From assembly GCA_038243585.1 (NCBI GenBank), contig JBBSQY010000013.1, positions 9,098-73,097 of the forward strand: DNA of 64,000 bases, in the 5' to 3' direction. Within the stretch, counting starts at the first letter, position 1. Each line of letters opens with the position of its first letter. Of the stretch, positions 10,061-19,906 are shown piece after piece. The notes beneath the pieces were generated by a model. The model saw only the letters and a list, made by a program, of their open reading frames with translations, was not told the DNA's origin and did no database searches. This stretch comes from Candidatus Sumerlaeales bacterium. GTDB taxonomy: Bacteria > Sumerlaeota > Sumerlaeia > Sumerlaeales > Sumerlaeaceae. The position numbers and the translations under genes were made by a program.

Positions 10061-11053
10061 ATGAACCTGTCAAAACCGCAAAAATTTATGGCCGCAGGCC
10101 AGTTTAACGAAGCACTCGCCTTGCTCCCGCCGGTGAGCATTTCGACTGATCCTCGCGCTGATATTATTCGCGCGCGAATTGCAGCGGATACAGGACATAC
10201 TGCAGAGGCTGTACATACGCTAACCGCCGTGCAAACCAGATATCCGGCTCATGCACCAAGTGGGCTTTTTCGTGGGATTTACCTTTTGGACCTTCATCGA
10301 CCTGATCAAGCCATCAAATGCTTTGATGAAGTTCTGACACTTCAGAAGAATAATGACCTTGCAAAATCCTACCGCGCCCTCTGCCAGTGTGCTCTCGGAG
10401 ATGGGCCTGCTGCGGCTGATGCCTGGAGAAAAGATGGTTTCTCCGACAACGCCATGTTTCGCGTACGAACGGCCGAATTTATAGAAAGCTCGTGGCTCCG
10501 AGATAAATCATATGTCGGCGAGTTACCCCACCTACTTCTTCCTCCAATACCAGCCAATGAATCTCAAAGAAAAGCGCTAAGACATTTTTATCGAAGGAAT
10601 TTTCGAGAAATGCTTAACTATGTGCCCCCTACGCCAACAGACAAAGAGCTGCAAGCTTTCCTGGCGGCCACTGCCCATGAAATGCTTCGTCAATACTCGG
10701 TGGCTTCCTCATATATAGAACCCTTTTTATCCCGCCGCGATGAGTGGCCAGACCCACTAACCGCACTAAACGCGCGGCTTATGGTAAGGCGAGGAGAAAT
10801 TGCCGCTGCGGCCCGGGAACTGTCAGGGGTCATTCTGATGGGACCTGAGGATTTTGGAGTTAATTATTACCTTGGTATCATCTGCTTAGCCTACGATAAG
10901 GCTGCTGAAGCTAGACAGTATTTTCTACGCGCGTTCACAAATTATATGGTCGATACTTTGGAATTTCAATGGTGGCAAATCGAACAGACGTTGTTGCATC
11001 CTGAACTTCAACAGCGGTTTAACGCATCTACCGACGCATCTCTGGCCCCATGA
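10061..11053 (+). CDS. TPR-like repeat protein
   Basis: 330-aa helical-repeat composition (A/L/Y-rich 34-aa-like units, e.g. AIKCFDEVLTLQKNNDLAKSYRALCQC). The stop overlaps the next start by 4 nt (ATGA). Confidence 0.6.
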   Translation: MNLSKPQKFMAAGQFNEALALLPPVSISTDPRADIIRARIAADTGHTAEAVHTLTAVQTRYPAHAPSGLFRGIYLLDLHRPDQAIKCFDEVLTLQKNNDLAKSYRALCQCALGDGPAAADAWRKDGFSDNAMFRVRTAEFIESSWLRDKSYVGELPHLLLPPIPANESQRKALRHFYRRNFREMLNYVPPTPTDKELQAFLAATAHEMLRQYSVASSYIEPFLSRRDEWPDPLTALNARLMVRRGEIAAAARELSGVILMGPEDFGVNYYLGIICLAYDKAAEARQYFLRAFTNYMVDTLEFQWWQIEQTLLHPELQQRFNASTDASLAP

Positions 11054-12420
11054 ACTCAGTTCTCGTAATTACCACGGAACCGCTTCCGGTCCCTGGAGGC
11101 CTTACCACCGGCGCGGGGCTGCGAGCTTGGGGCTTGGCGGAAGGATTGCGATCCTGTGGATTTCCTGTTACAATGGCCACTCCCCTAGAGGGCGAACAAG
11201 CTCTTACGCAGTCGGTTTCTCCTACAGATGATCGAGTGCGCTACTTCAGGCGACCTGAGCTTGCGGCTCTTATTGAGCGCGAAAAACCGGATATAATCGT
11301 CATGCAGCATTGGGGTCTGGTGTACGCATTGCCGCAGTTAGATGTTCCGCTGGTTATTGATTTGGCGGGACCCCACCTTCTTGAGAGGCTCTACTGGGGA
11401 AATCCCGATGCCAATCATGACCGGGAAGAAAAACTTGCCGCGCTTCGACGAGCGGATTTTATTGTTTGCGGAGGCACTTTCCAGCGGCATTACTTTTATC
11501 CCTATCTTGCGATGGCTGGTCATGACGTGCGTCTCGAGGAGTTCCCCGTCATTCCGTTTTCAGTATCTCCTGTCCCCATAAATGGGTCGCCAGCGGCTAA
11601 CACGGAGGCGACATTCATCTACGGTGGGGCATTCCTCGCGTGGCAGAATCCGGAATTGCCGATTCGATGGCTGCTGGAAGAAATGGACACCGTCGGTCGA
11701 GGGCGTTTGCTGTTTTACGGCGGTAGCCATCCATCCTTGGATGCGTCCGGCGGAAAGTTCATTAAGCTTTACCAGGATATGCAACGCCATAGCCGCGTCG
11801 AGGTGCGCGGGTGGAGACCCTTTGCAGACTTAGTTAAGGATTATGCCACGGAAGGGCATGTGGCTCTTGACCTCATGCAGCGCAATCCGGAAAGGGAACT
11901 GGCCTACACCACTCGCACTATGGTATATATGCAGTGCGGCTTGCCTGTGATATATAACAATTATTCGGAACTGTCTAATTTCATCACCAACAATGCTTGT
12001 GGCTGGTGCATGGATCCCACTGATGAAAACGCTTTTCGATCGCTTGTTCGACAAATACTGGAAGACCCTTCCCAATTAACTCCTATGCGAGAGCGTGCTC
12101 GAGCTGCGGCCAAAGATCAGAGCTGGGACACAACTATTACACCACTTGCAGATTTTTGTATAAGCCCCACAAGACGAGCTCCATTCTCAGGCGCCTCAGC
12201 ACCAGTCTCACAACCCGAAGAAACGTTCAGTGAGTCTGTCCAATTAAATTCGCTTTCACCCCAAATAACGGAAACAGTATTATCAGCGTTGCGTAGAAGC
12301 TTTTTCCCCAAGCCGGGTAGATGCCTAGGAGTCATTGCTCACTTCCCAATTTGGCTGGCGTCAAAGTATCTGCAACATTACTTCAAGGTTGATAGTTCGT
12401 CTCGCGCGCATAAATATTAA
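11050..12420 (+). CDS. Glycosyltransferase, GT-B fold (GT4/GT1-like)
   Basis: N-terminus MNSVLVITTEPLPVPGGLTTGAGLRAWGLAEGL is typical of GT4 donors. A C-terminal Rossmann half is present (FIYGGAFLAWQNPE...). It is translationally coupled to the TPR gene. Confidence 0.7.
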   Translation: MNSVLVITTEPLPVPGGLTTGAGLRAWGLAEGLRSCGFPVTMATPLEGEQALTQSVSPTDDRVRYFRRPELAALIEREKPDIIVMQHWGLVYALPQLDVPLVIDLAGPHLLERLYWGNPDANHDREEKLAALRRADFIVCGGTFQRHYFYPYLAMAGHDVRLEEFPVIPFSVSPVPINGSPAANTEATFIYGGAFLAWQNPELPIRWLLEEMDTVGRGRLLFYGGSHPSLDASGGKFIKLYQDMQRHSRVEVRGWRPFADLVKDYATEGHVALDLMQRNPERELAYTTRTMVYMQCGLPVIYNNYSELSNFITNNACGWCMDPTDENAFRSLVRQILEDPSQLTPMRERARAAAKDQSWDTTITPLADFCISPTRRAPFSGASAPVSQPEETFSESVQLNSLSPQITETVLSALRRSFFPKPGRCLGVIAHFPIWLASKYLQHYFKVDSSSRAHKY

Positions 12421-12430
12421 GGGTAAGCGC

Positions 12431-14605
12431 ATGTCCAGTTCCAATTTTTTTTTAAAACCCCCCGTCATTTTTTCAGGACTAATACTTATCGCTCTACTCG
12501 CTGTGTCGGTTGGGTTGAAAAAACAGTCGGATCGGCCAGTACGGCACAGCGAAACGGAACAGACAGAGTTTGACCGTATAGAATCCGGCGGGACCCGCAT
12601 TTCCAGTGTAAAAGCGCCGTCTATTTCTACTCGTAGCGCGCAGGCAACCGGCAACCGCAGTCCTATCGCGTCCAACCAGTTGGCACGTAAAAGCGTGGTG
12701 GAAGACTTTGATACTGCTCTACGCCGTGCAAGCGGTAGTATGTATATTTCCGGTATTGTATCTGGGAGAGAACCCGAACAGACCGACGACGCCCAAAACA
12801 GGCAAACACGCAGAGATGGGACAGACACCTCCAGCAGCCGCAGCGACAGGGAAAATAGCTGGAGAGACCGATGGGGACGGTCGGACCCGCTGGAGGCCGC
12901 GGAGGTTCTATTGTTTGAGGACGATCCCAATACTACTCACCCTCCGCTTCGAACCGCCGTCACGGACAAAGAAGGCTCCTTTACTTTAGCGAATATTAAC
13001 GGAGCAGACCAACGTTACATACTGGTAGTCAAAGCGGAACATTATGCCCCGGAAGCTTCGTTTATTTCAGTTAACAATGAACCCCGTGAAGTGTCAATGC
13101 GACTTAATCCTGGCGTCCGCTTGCGCGGAAAAGTCGTGGATTTCGAGACAAGTCAGGGGGTGGCGGGGGCGATTGTTTATCAACCCAATCCGCGATCTGA
13201 GGCATTCGCGGTACTCGGAGTTACCACAACTTCTCTCACCGGCGAATTTAGTTTTCCAAATACTCACCCAGGGATTTTGGCAACTCAGGCCAGTGCGGAC
13301 GGATATGCCACAACAAAAGTCCGCGTAGAGGCTCCAGACGATAAAATCATCATAGAAATGCAGTCCGGTGGAGCATCCATTTCCGGCGTTACCGTGGATC
13401 GCTTGACAGGCAAGCCAAGTGGTGGCGCAAGAGTTTGGGCAAAAGGAGAGCAGGATATTTCCGAATCTGTTGTGTCCGCAGAAGACGGAAGTTTTAAATT
13501 GGACAACCTTCCAGCCGGAGCATTTGACGTCTATGCTGTTCGTGGCATGAAATCTGAAGAGCAAAAGATTAAACTTGAGCGCAGACAGGCTGTCAGCGGC
13601 GTAGAGATCATTTTACCCGCCGAACTCATGGTAAGCGGCCAAGTGGTTCATGCGACGGAGCGCAAGCCACTGCAAGGAATTAAAGTCTGGTACAAATCGG
13701 CAAAAGGCGCACAGTATAAAACAACTAATGTCGACGGACGTTTTGCGTTTGAAACTATGGCAATTGATGAATATGCTATTCTCATTCACGAAAAAGGGTT
13801 TCTACCCATTCAGGATAAACGCACAACCGAGGCCGTTGAAACTCTTGAGCGGAAAGTCGCGAAAAATCAGTCTTCGGACGAATTGCTTATACGCTTACGA
13901 CCTGTGCCTACTTTGGAAGGCAATGTGAAAGGCCAGACTCGGCGCGGCGAAGATGCCCCGGTTAATGGTGCCAATGTGGCGTTATCATATATAGAAAGCC
14001 GTGACTTCGTTCAGCTCAAAACCAAGTCTGATCCGGCGGGAAATTTTTTCTTTAATCTTCCCAAAGGCAGACGAGGAGAAGGCATAGTGGTAGCAACAAA
14101 CAGTTACCAGATAGACGCCAAAGACGTGCGCGTTCCTCGCAAGAACCCGGTTCAACTTACGATGCAGCGGAACAACTACGTTTTCGGCCAACTGCTGCTT
14201 TCTGACGAATCTTCGCTAGACGGCGTTTCAATCGACGTTTCAACCCAAATTCCAAGAGGACGCGCGGAATCGCAGAATTCTCACAGAGTCAAACTTGCAG
14301 AAGTTAACAGCATGCGCGGAGGCCGGGTTATCATGGGGCTTCCGAAAGGTCAGGATGTTCAGCTGACTTTTACCATGCCTGACGGGATGGTTGTCTCGAA
14401 AGATTTTCAGTCGGATCGGCTTCTCAATAGCCGCCCAATATTTGTATACGACCCTGTTTCGCAGGATATTATAGCTGACACCACGCCACGAGATCGCAAC
14501 AGAGAAAATGGTCAGGGTCGCAACCGGGGGAATGGCGGCGAGGCTGCAGCTAATCGCCCAGCACAACCTGGTGGCAACGCCGCGCCTGCATCACCAGCGC
14601 AATAG
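12431..14605 (+). CDS. Large exported protein with about six carboxypeptidase-regulatory-like (CarboxypepD_reg) beta-sandwich repeats
   Basis: Start chosen at ATG 12431 (MSSSNFFLKPPVIFSGLILIALLAV signal anchor). Repeated G.V.D...G.P..GA.V...TD..G.F.L..L..G.Y signatures, e.g. SAEDGSFKLDNLPAGAFDVYAV and TTNVDGRFAFETMAIDEYAILI. The tail is Arg/Gly/Asn-rich. Confidence 0.75.
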   Translation: MSSSNFFLKPPVIFSGLILIALLAVSVGLKKQSDRPVRHSETEQTEFDRIESGGTRISSVKAPSISTRSAQATGNRSPIASNQLARKSVVEDFDTALRRASGSMYISGIVSGREPEQTDDAQNRQTRRDGTDTSSSRSDRENSWRDRWGRSDPLEAAEVLLFEDDPNTTHPPLRTAVTDKEGSFTLANINGADQRYILVVKAEHYAPEASFISVNNEPREVSMRLNPGVRLRGKVVDFETSQGVAGAIVYQPNPRSEAFAVLGVTTTSLTGEFSFPNTHPGILATQASADGYATTKVRVEAPDDKIIIEMQSGGASISGVTVDRLTGKPSGGARVWAKGEQDISESVVSAEDGSFKLDNLPAGAFDVYAVRGMKSEEQKIKLERRQAVSGVEIILPAELMVSGQVVHATERKPLQGIKVWYKSAKGAQYKTTNVDGRFAFETMAIDEYAILIHEKGFLPIQDKRTTEAVETLERKVAKNQSSDELLIRLRPVPTLEGNVKGQTRRGEDAPVNGANVALSYIESRDFVQLKTKSDPAGNFFFNLPKGRRGEGIVVATNSYQIDAKDVRVPRKNPVQLTMQRNNYVFGQLLLSDESSLDGVSIDVSTQIPRGRAESQNSHRVKLAEVNSMRGGRVIMGLPKGQDVQLTFTMPDGMVVSKDFQSDRLLNSRPIFVYDPVSQDIIADTTPRDRNRENGQGRNRGNGGEAAANRPAQPGGNAAPASPAQ

Positions 14606-14661
14606 CTTTTCCTCATGAGCGTCACTTAAAATTTTCGTCTGTTGACGTTGCATAGAGTCGC

Positions 14662-15654
14662 GTGCAAATACTTTCAACTTTTGACGAACTGCCTTTTCAC
14701 TTACAGGGGCGAAGATCCTGCCTTACAATTGGCGTTTTTGACGGGGTGCATCTCGGACACCAGGCGCTGATCCGAGAAACCGTTAAATTGGCGCAAGAAC
14801 AAGATATTGTTTCCATAGCGGTGAGTTTTCGAAACCATCCTCTGTCAGTTCTGGCTCCACCGTATAACCCACTGCGACTTATTACCCCAGCCCGAAAAGC
14901 CGACCTGCTTGAGCAAATGGGAATTCAATTCCTAATCCTTGCGAACTTCACCAAAGAATTTGCTGCCATGCCTCCTCAGCGCTTTATGTCTGAATGCCTG
15001 GTTGAAAAGGCCAACGTTCAACACTTGGTTTGTGGATATGACTTCACTTTTGGCTGTCAAGGTTCCGGCAAGATCGAGATGCTGGAAAATTTTGGTACCG
15101 AGACCGGTTTCAATGTGCAAAGCATAAGCGCTGTGTCCCATGAAAACCATGCGGTCAAAAGCACGCATATTCGAGATCTCCTTTCAAACGGTCGAGTATC
15201 AGAAGCGGCGACTTTACTGACTCGCCCGCATGAGTTGCCGGGCACGGTTGGCTCAGGGATGCAACGAGGCCGCACTATCGGCTTTCCTACGGCAAATCTG
15301 AACGCACTGCCGCATTTTCAAGTTCCTGGTAAGGGCGTTTATCTGTGTGGCGCACGGGTGGCAATGCGCGAGGAAATTTTAGCGGCGATGGTAAATGTCG
15401 GCACAAGTCCCACTTTTGGAAATAATGCCGCTTCAGTCGAGGCGCATCTTTTAAACTTCACAGAAGACATTTACGAGCAGTCGCTTAGCGTTTTTTTTCT
15501 AAAGCACCTTAGGGAAGAACAAAAGTTTGCTGGCGTAGATGCCCTTGTCGGCCAGCTACAGAGGGATAAAGAGCAGTCGGAAAACCTATGGGAATCTGTA
15601 TTGATCTGTGAATTAATTGCGAAAATACCGGCGCCTGTGGCACATAATATTTAA
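14662..15654 (+). CDS. ribF: Bifunctional riboflavin kinase / FAD synthetase
   Basis: GVFDGVHLGHQ (nucleotidyltransferase motif) and GRTIGFPTANL (riboflavin kinase motif). GTG start. Confidence 0.92.
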   Translation: MQILSTFDELPFHLQGRRSCLTIGVFDGVHLGHQALIRETVKLAQEQDIVSIAVSFRNHPLSVLAPPYNPLRLITPARKADLLEQMGIQFLILANFTKEFAAMPPQRFMSECLVEKANVQHLVCGYDFTFGCQGSGKIEMLENFGTETGFNVQSISAVSHENHAVKSTHIRDLLSNGRVSEAATLLTRPHELPGTVGSGMQRGRTIGFPTANLNALPHFQVPGKGVYLCGARVAMREEILAAMVNVGTSPTFGNNAASVEAHLLNFTEDIYEQSLSVFFLKHLREEQKFAGVDALVGQLQRDKEQSENLWESVLICELIAKIPAPVAHNI

Positions 15655-15720
15655 GTTCCGGCGTTTTAAACAGGGCGCACATGCGAAGTCTCGTCTCGTA
15701 CTGGTTATGCTTCAATAGAA

Positions 15721-16773
15721 TTAATTCGACCGACTTGGTTTTTTTACTTTCGGTTTAGATTTCGAGGGCATCTTAGGGGCGGGCTTTTTCTTTGAATCGG
15801 TTATACTGATCTTTCCAGCTTGTTTGTCTTCGATCTTCTCGATCGTGCCGCCATTATCACTAATCAGTTCCTTTAGACCTGGTCCAGTGTAGGGAGAATC
15901 AGAGACTCCTTCAAAACGCCCGGTTACAAGTTCAGTAACCGTTGTAGTATCATCCTCCCAGGAAGCCAATACTTGAAACTGCCCCTGATCGTCTGTCCAT
16001 TTGATATCCAGCGTTGGGGGATCTATACCCTTTATAATCTTTTGGACAGAACCCGGCAACGCCTGGCGTCTTGTAAGGGCCAGCATTTCTCTGGTTGTGG
16101 TGGTGCCCTGTGGGAAATACACAATTTCAGCTACATCATCAACAGACGCAATGACCAAGCATCCCGTCTTGGGACTTATCGACATATCCGTCAGAAACTT
16201 CATTTCGACAAACTGCTCCCGCTTCCGCCATTCAACAAAAGTATCGACGGCATCGGAGAGCAAGAAAGGGAAATCTGGTGACAGATAAGAAAGTCCTTCA
16301 TCCGGCAGGTTTCGCAGCAAAATTGGAAACAGGGTCGAATGGCCAATTGACAGCGTCTGAATGGTGTCACTGCTAACAGAATCATTTGTGGTAAACGAGA
16401 TAAGCCAGTCGCTTTTTTCATCGTCCGGCGCAAAAATCTCGATCAAATATGCTTTTTCCCGCAGTACGTCCATGTAAAAAAATGCTGCACCGTTTTCTGC
16501 CACAAAGGATTCGCAGGCCACCCATTCATTTGTAATCCAAGTCAAATTGGCTGGTGACGGCTTTATCTGGGGTAATTCGACTACGCTGGTTTTTCCAGGG
16601 GAATCAACCAGCATCCGAATGCGACCTATAAAACCTGCTGTATCCCATTCTACATTTGCGCTGTAGCTAGAATCCGGCGATTCCAGAGGAACTTTAAGGA
16701 GTTGTTGTGGCGCGGCACATAAAGAAGTAACAGCGGCAACAAATGCGGCTAGGAAAAAAGTTCTCATCATCAT
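15721..16773 (-). CDS. Exported hypothetical protein with Lys-rich C-terminal tail
   Basis: Signal peptide MMMRTFFLAAFVAAVTSLCAAP. 350-aa ORF. The tail is KKKPAPKMPSKSKPKVKKPSRSN. No recognisable family. Confidence 0.6.
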   Translation of the reverse strand: MMMRTFFLAAFVAAVTSLCAAPQQLLKVPLESPDSSYSANVEWDTAGFIGRIRMLVDSPGKTSVVELPQIKPSPANLTWITNEWVACESFVAENGAAFFYMDVLREKAYLIEIFAPDDEKSDWLISFTTNDSVSSDTIQTLSIGHSTLFPILLRNLPDEGLSYLSPDFPFLLSDAVDTFVEWRKREQFVEMKFLTDMSISPKTGCLVIASVDDVAEIVYFPQGTTTTREMLALTRRQALPGSVQKIIKGIDPPTLDIKWTDDQGQFQVLASWEDDTTTVTELVTGRFEGVSDSPYTGPGLKELISDNGGTIEKIEDKQAGKISITDSKKKPAPKMPSKSKPKVKKPSRSN

Positions 16774-16824
16774 TATAACAAGTGCCTCAAGACAAGTATA
16801 GACGCCTGAGACGTCAATACGTTC

Positions 16825-16859
16825 AAAAAAAACCGCTGAAACCCTTCGGTTTCAGCGGT
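16825..16859 (-). terminator. Rho-independent terminator for 16874..17878
   Basis: Perfect 12-bp stem ACCGCTGAAACC/GGTTTCAGCGGT with loop CTTC. On the minus strand it is followed by T8. Confidence 0.85.
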
Positions 16860-16873
16860 ACAATATCAACTAG

Positions 16874-17878
16874 CTATTCAGGTTGCGGCAGCTCAACTAC
16901 GACCTCTTGCACAACCGGATCACCAGCAAACAAGAACTGATCATTACTAACTGTAGGAGTAGTAACTTCATCCCCAGCGCCAGGTCTTGGCATGCTTCCC
17001 AAGGCGAACACCTGATATGATTGTGGCATCAGGTCATGAAATGAGTACTGTGCCCGCGTGCTGACGCTCGGGGTGTGAGGTTCCATAATATCGCCATTTT
17101 TACCTCGCAACCTGAGCGTGGCTGGAAATCCAATCAACTCCCCATTTTCATCCACGGCCTTTACAGTAACTGCAGAATTGCTTTGTAGCGAAATTTCTCC
17201 AAAATTGGAGATTGGGGGGCGAATATAGCGATTCTCAACCACAAACATTTCACCGAGTTTCCCGTTTTGAATAGGTAGTCCTTTGGCTGCGTTTTCTTTA
17301 ATAGCCGCAATCCGGCCCTGAACCTGTTCTCTTGTCGCCCGCTTCATGACAGCCATGCTTTCCGCTCCAGGTTCACTTGGAACCTCGGTTGCAGAAGGAT
17401 CATACACCATCGCAAAATTTCCCGGCTTCATTTTCAGCGTAAAGCTTCCCTCTGTATCAACAGCTGCCGCAACTTCCGACATTGCCGTGATTTTCGCCGT
17501 AGAGTCTGCATGAGGAATTTCGTTTAAACGATTTTGAAATAAGAAATATACGACTCCTCCAGACGCAGGAGTAGAGTCAGGGCGCAGAAGTTGCCCACTA
17601 ACTACTGTTATTTCTGGTGCTTCGTTTTCAGAAGCATCGGTAGTCGCGCTGGTCGATGTGGTATCATTCCCGTCTACGGCGGATCCTGGTGCACGTGCAG
17701 CGGGATCGGCAGGGGAAGTTATAACTGGGCCCTGCGCGAGTTCACGCGTGATCTTTATTAACCCAACGGAAGAGTTTTCCGTTGGCTCTGTCCTACCGTT
17801 AACATCCAGCGCCACTACTCCGGCGGTCACGCCAGCTACAGCAATGGCTGCAATCCTGAGGCCGATTATTCTTTTCAT
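16874..17878 (-). CDS. Exported hypothetical protein with CarboxypepD_reg-like segments
   Basis: Signal anchor (IAAIAVAGVTAGVVAL). Segments such as VSGQLLRPDSTPASGGVVYFL and DTEGSFTLKMKPGNFAMVY resemble carboxypeptidase regulatory-like repeats. Confidence 0.6.
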   Translation of the reverse strand: MKRIIGLRIAAIAVAGVTAGVVALDVNGRTEPTENSSVGLIKITRELAQGPVITSPADPAARAPGSAVDGNDTTSTSATTDASENEAPEITVVSGQLLRPDSTPASGGVVYFLFQNRLNEIPHADSTAKITAMSEVAAAVDTEGSFTLKMKPGNFAMVYDPSATEVPSEPGAESMAVMKRATREQVQGRIAAIKENAAKGLPIQNGKLGEMFVVENRYIRPPISNFGEISLQSNSAVTVKAVDENGELIGFPATLRLRGKNGDIMEPHTPSVSTRAQYSFHDLMPQSYQVFALGSMPRPGAGDEVTTPTVSNDQFLFAGDPVVQEVVVELPQPE

Positions 17879-18084
17879 ATACTAAGGCTCCGTTTATTAT
17901 GGGTTTAAGGGCGAGTTTCGGACACTGGTTAGACTTTTCATAAGGTTAATGCAAGATTCCCGCCAAACTCATACTTGGAAACCTTGTACCACGTACAACC
18001 TTACTGATAGACAGATTAAATCATTGTGTCGCGCACATATATTAGATTATTTGTTCGTAAATTTAACGCACAAAAATCAGGGCT

Positions 18085-18462
18085 TTATTCGGCACCTTGA
18101 AGGATTTCGACACCAATATCTTTAAATGCCTTATAGCCACCGTCAACGGAAACTACATTCTTATAACCCATCTTCTGAAGATTGTCCGCGGCCATGGCAG
18201 AGCGAAATCCGCCGCCACAGTATAGGTGCAGTTCAATTTCCTTATCAGGGAAAATGCGCTCAACGTCTCGTTCAATTATGCCTTTACCTAGATGCACCGC
18301 ACCTGTGATGTGCCCGTCACGCCATTCATCATCTTCTCTAACGTCGACTAACCGCGCACCTTTGTTCTTTTCAAGCCTGCTAAGCGCTTCTGAGGGAGAC
18401 TCCTCTTTAATTCGGGACTTAGCATCATCAACCAGAGCAAGAAAACCTTCGCTATGCGTCAT
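18085..18462 (-). CDS. Single-domain rhodanese sulfurtransferase
   Basis: Active-site loop LYCGGGFRS. Length 125 aa. Confidence 0.85.
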   Translation of the reverse strand: MTHSEGFLALVDDAKSRIKEESPSEALSRLEKNKGARLVDVREDDEWRDGHITGAVHLGKGIIERDVERIFPDKEIELHLYCGGGFRSAMAADNLQKMGYKNVVSVDGGYKAFKDIGVEILQGAE

Positions 18463-18475
18463 ACATTAGAGCCTT

Positions 18476-19183
18476 TCATTTCAAATTCAAGAATCTATAG
18501 TCGCCTTCGGGAAATTCCATTGTTACGCACATCTCGGCTATTCGAGATGCGATCCGCGGGGATAACTGCTGTTTAAGCTCCGGCAGACTCCGGTTAGTTG
18601 TTATGATCGTAGCGGAATCATCTTCATAACGGCGATTGATCAAAACATACAGACGATCAAGCACATATTCGCTCGTTCTTTCGGCACCAAGATCATCCAA
18701 CACGAGAAGATCGGCCCGTCTTGCCATGTCGAAAAGATCGGCCTCATTTTCACTAGAGCCACTGTCCATGCGGCGGCGCAGTTCAAGGAACAATTCCGGC
18801 ACGTTCCAATACAGGCCCTTATAACCTTTGATAATCACCTCTTTTAAAATCGCTACCGCAAGATGGGTCTTTCCAGTGCCTTCCCGCCCGGTCATCAACA
18901 TACCTTTACCCGGCTGGTCATGGTTATTACCGCGAAACGTTTTCAGAAAGCCCTTCGCGCCATGCAGAATTTCCTTCTGCTTCTGATTTTTAGCCACGAA
19001 TCCGGTCAGATTTTTATTTACGAACTTGCGGGGGATATTAGCGAAAGCATATCGAGTATCGGCCTGACGGGTAAGCCTGCACTGGCATGGAGCAGCCCCA
19101 GTATCCAATATTACATATCCGGCACCGGCGCATTTAGAGCAGACGGCAGCGTTATCCTGCCTTGCCGACAACTTCCGATTCAT
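18476..19183 (-). CDS. DnaC/DnaI-like AAA+ helicase-loader ATPase
   Basis: N-terminal Cys cluster CSKCAGAGYV...CQC, Walker A GREGTGKTH, Walker B LLVLDDLG, sensor IITTN, and C-terminal EGDYRF, as in the DnaC/IstB family. Confidence 0.85.
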   Translation of the reverse strand: MNRKLSARQDNAAVCSKCAGAGYVILDTGAAPCQCRLTRQADTRYAFANIPRKFVNKNLTGFVAKNQKQKEILHGAKGFLKTFRGNNHDQPGKGMLMTGREGTGKTHLAVAILKEVIIKGYKGLYWNVPELFLELRRRMDSGSSENEADLFDMARRADLLVLDDLGAERTSEYVLDRLYVLINRRYEDDSATIITTNRSLPELKQQLSPRIASRIAEMCVTMEFPEGDYRFLNLK

Positions 19184-19195
19184 TATGCGTCAACC

Positions 19196-19906
19196 TTAAA
19201 ACTTAATAGCATTGTCATCCTCATTACCAGGAAATAACGATATTTCTGCTTCGGCACCCGCATCTCCAGACTTCTTACGTCGGCGAACCAGCTCCTGCAT
19301 TATCCAGTGAAGAGACCTTATCTCATTCTTACGCGCTTGTCGAAATACGCTCCGAACCTCCTGCATCTCGAAGCGTTGAGGCAGCATACGCAACTCGTCT
19401 AGAATGAACACATTCATTTTTAGGCTAATCGCATCGAAGTATAAATCCACCGTTTCTTTTAACGCCGGATCATTGGTGGGTAAATCGTCTTTCTGGTTGT
19501 GCAGACAGTCATCATAATATCGGAGAAAATCCCCGGCGTGTTCAAACAGGTGAGGATCCTCCTTGCGGATCAGCTCTGGCGGCCGAGGGGTTTGGAGCGG
19601 GGTTACAAGTCGAAATAGCGCAGCTTCATCATCGTTGTCGGGTAGAAAACACGCCATCAAATTCATTTTTCGAAGCGCGGCCGCAGCTCGTCGAGCTTGG
19701 TTCGGAGCCACGCCGCACCGCTTTTGGAGTTCACTAAGCGAGATTTCAACGGTTCCCGGCGCTGAGTTTCGGTCGCAATCCAATTCTACAATTTTCTTGA
19801 AAAAAATCCAGCCAGCGCCGCCTTTTATTTTCGCATTTAAGTGCTCTGGCAGTCCACTATATTCAAGCCACATGGGTGACCATGCCCGGAGATCCCGAGT
19901 TGTCAC
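19196..19906 (-). CDS. DnaD/DnaB_2-like replication-organiser protein (wHTH plus DnaD-like C-terminal domain)
   Basis: wHTH-like ISLSELQKRCGVAPNQARRAAAALRKMNLM. The C-terminal pattern LYFDAISLKMNVFILDELRMLPQRFEMQEVRSVFRQARKNEIRSLHWIMQEL resembles DnaD-domain helices. The GTG start overlaps the glycerate kinase stop (GTGA). ATG 19873 is an alternative start. Confidence 0.55.
   Translation of the reverse strand: MTTRDLRAWSPMWLEYSGLPEHLNAKIKGGAGWIFFKKIVELDCDRNSAPGTVEISLSELQKRCGVAPNQARRAAAALRKMNLMACFLPDNDDEAALFRLVTPLQTPRPPELIRKEDPHLFEHAGDFLRYYDDCLHNQKDDLPTNDPALKETVDLYFDAISLKMNVFILDELRMLPQRFEMQEVRSVFRQARKNEIRSLHWIMQELVRRRKKSGDAGAEAEISLFPGNEDDNAIKF

Noticed and set aside
12335-12430. N-terminal extensions of several track ORFs (12335, 21117, 22296, 27784, 27929, 42035, 49038, 50170, 50797 and 50811 starts)
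   Set aside because: In each case an internal ATG preceded by a GGAG-like Shine-Dalgarno gives the family-typical N-terminus or signal peptide. The longer versions overlap upstream genes or add non-homologous residues.
12361-12930. 189-aa minus-strand ORF overlapping the end of the GT gene and the start of the CarboxypepD_reg gene
   Set aside because: It is antisense to two well-supported coding regions and is a low-complexity Ser/Arg/Leu translation.
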